From the NCBI GenBank assembly GCA_030295235.1, contig AP026146.1, positions 744,001 through 808,000 of the forward strand: a DNA stretch of 64,000 nt. The letters are read 5' to 3'. The notes under the pieces were generated by a model, which worked only from the letters and a program-made list of their open reading frames with translations, had not been told where the DNA came from and searched no databases. Origin of the DNA: Fistulifera solaris. Its lineage: Eukaryota. The position numbers and the translations under genes are program-made. Shown piece after piece: positions 62,600 through 64,000 of the stretch. Every line of letters starts with the position of its first letter. Position 1 is the first letter of the stretch.

Positions 62600-63560
62600 G
62601 GTGCCGTCCGACATGTTCTGCGTTAGTATTTTTGAATAAAACCAGGCGATGGAAAATATTGTTTAACCGGGGGGCGTTGATCTAACGGTTCGTTTATGGA
62701 ATCCCAGTCGACTGGATCCTGCGTTTCCTCCGCGTCCGTGGGCCGGCGGGGATGATATCCCAATCGATGCAACTCCGAGAGCTCTTCCTATTCAAGTGTA
62801 CGAAGGCGGTACCACTTATCCTATTTAGGCCATCGTTGTCGACGAGAAATCATCTGTAGTAGCGTCAGCTTCGGAAAAAAACTGTTGTCGTTTCTGATGT
62901 TGTTCTGAAACAAGCCAAAGCGAAGATTACAAGGTCACAACGGCCGCGTGAATGCTGTTGCAATTAGCAAAGACTCCGAGACTTTCCTCTCCGCGTCTTA
63001 TGATGCAACTGTTCGGGATATGGGATGGGCGAAGCAGGAGTTTCGAGCCATTACAGATCCTGAAGGAGGCGAAGGACTCTGTGACGGATGTCCATGTTGT
63101 GCAGGATGACAATGAAGCACTGATTCGGACCGCCAGTGTTGACGGCGTCACGAATCTTGGGAAGGGATTTTGCGGTGCGACGATTTCTCAAGTCCAATAA
63201 CTAACATGGCACAGGCCTTACGATGGTCAGTATTTGGTAGTGTCGTGCTTAAATGGAACCATTCGCTTAATGGAGTGGCACTCAGGTAAGCTGGTCAACA
63301 CGTCGAGAAGCATCATGCAGCCGGACAGTATGGACTGATGTGTGGCGTCCGCGGCCGATGATTCAACAATAATAACAGGATCGGGAAGGCGGCCAATGCA
63401 TCTTGTATGATCGGGTGCATGGTATGCGTGTTCAAAGTCTTATTGGACATTCGCGCCCAACGTCGCACTTGCTATTCACCCGCAAGGTCCAATAATTCTG
63501 TAGTCGTAACAGCCAGCTACGGCCGAGAGCGTTATTGTTTACCGGCCATACATCGTCCGG
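62600..63560 (+). pseudogene. WDR83: WD40 protein WDR83/MORG1-like, heavily disrupted (pseudogene or poor consensus)
   Basis: Pieces across frames: DGKYCLTGG.D.TVRLWNP, LQGH.GRVNAV, SASYDATVRIWDGRSRSFEPLQIL.EAKDSVT, TASVDG. Several frameshifts and an apparent in-frame TAG near 62826. Confidence 0.75.
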
Positions 63561-64000
63561 GGGCGTTCACTCTTGTGACCTATGAAGAGCTCAAGTGCGC
63601 GCTATAATCAAAGCTAAATCGGCATGACAACCATTGATAAGCGAAAATGTCATCGTTATTTTCTCACTAGTGAGGTGACAGCTGGCTAACCTTTTTTCAT
63701 GACTGATTAGCGGTGGCTATGTAACATGTCACAGCAATTGCAGAAGATCAGCGTCCAGCGCTTCGTTACTCGTCCATTTTGCTCTGAGGTGCCTTCAGGG
63801 AAATGGATTTGATCGCTTCCACGAGTCCTAGATCTTGCACCCTTTAGCAGCCGTTCGAGGCTTGAGAATCTGAACAGCAATCATAAGGCGGTACCTGGAC
63901 CAATGCACCTGACACTTCTGTGATACTATCCAACGCACTGCAGAGCAAGGTTACTTAGGCATCGGATATCTCGCTATCAAGATATTCACCAGCTTGTAGT

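Overview
Gene-dense eukaryotic nuclear DNA, most likely a pennate diatom. This is inferred from short GT-AG introns (70-110 nt), bipartite signal+ASAFAP-like plastid presequences, RxL processing motifs and diatom-type protein families. About 28 protein genes are visible: plastid-type CysRS and MetAP1, two kinases, a DBP2/DDX5-like helicase, a run of four type II membrane glycan-modifying-like genes, RING protein, ATP23, a LEG1 homologue, JmjC, globin, SUMF2-like, serine carboxypeptidase, TIM17, NOL6/Utp22, DNAJC3, three long coiled-coil genes and a broken WDR83. There are also two minisatellites and a probable non-autonomous PIF/Harbinger-like remnant with palindromic subterminal repeats. Many conserved genes carry single-base frameshifts in homopolymers, probably long-read consensus errors, so gene models are reconstructed by eye. 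The most intriguing items are a secreted precursor whose RRxL sites bracket a 28-aa, 8-cysteine peptide (36.9-37.6 kb), a possible polysaccharide-decoration cluster (11-17.5 kb), and a head-to-head pair of coiled-coil paralogues with a shared unfamiliar repeat (52-59.3 kb). No database searches were run; all family calls come from remembered motifs.
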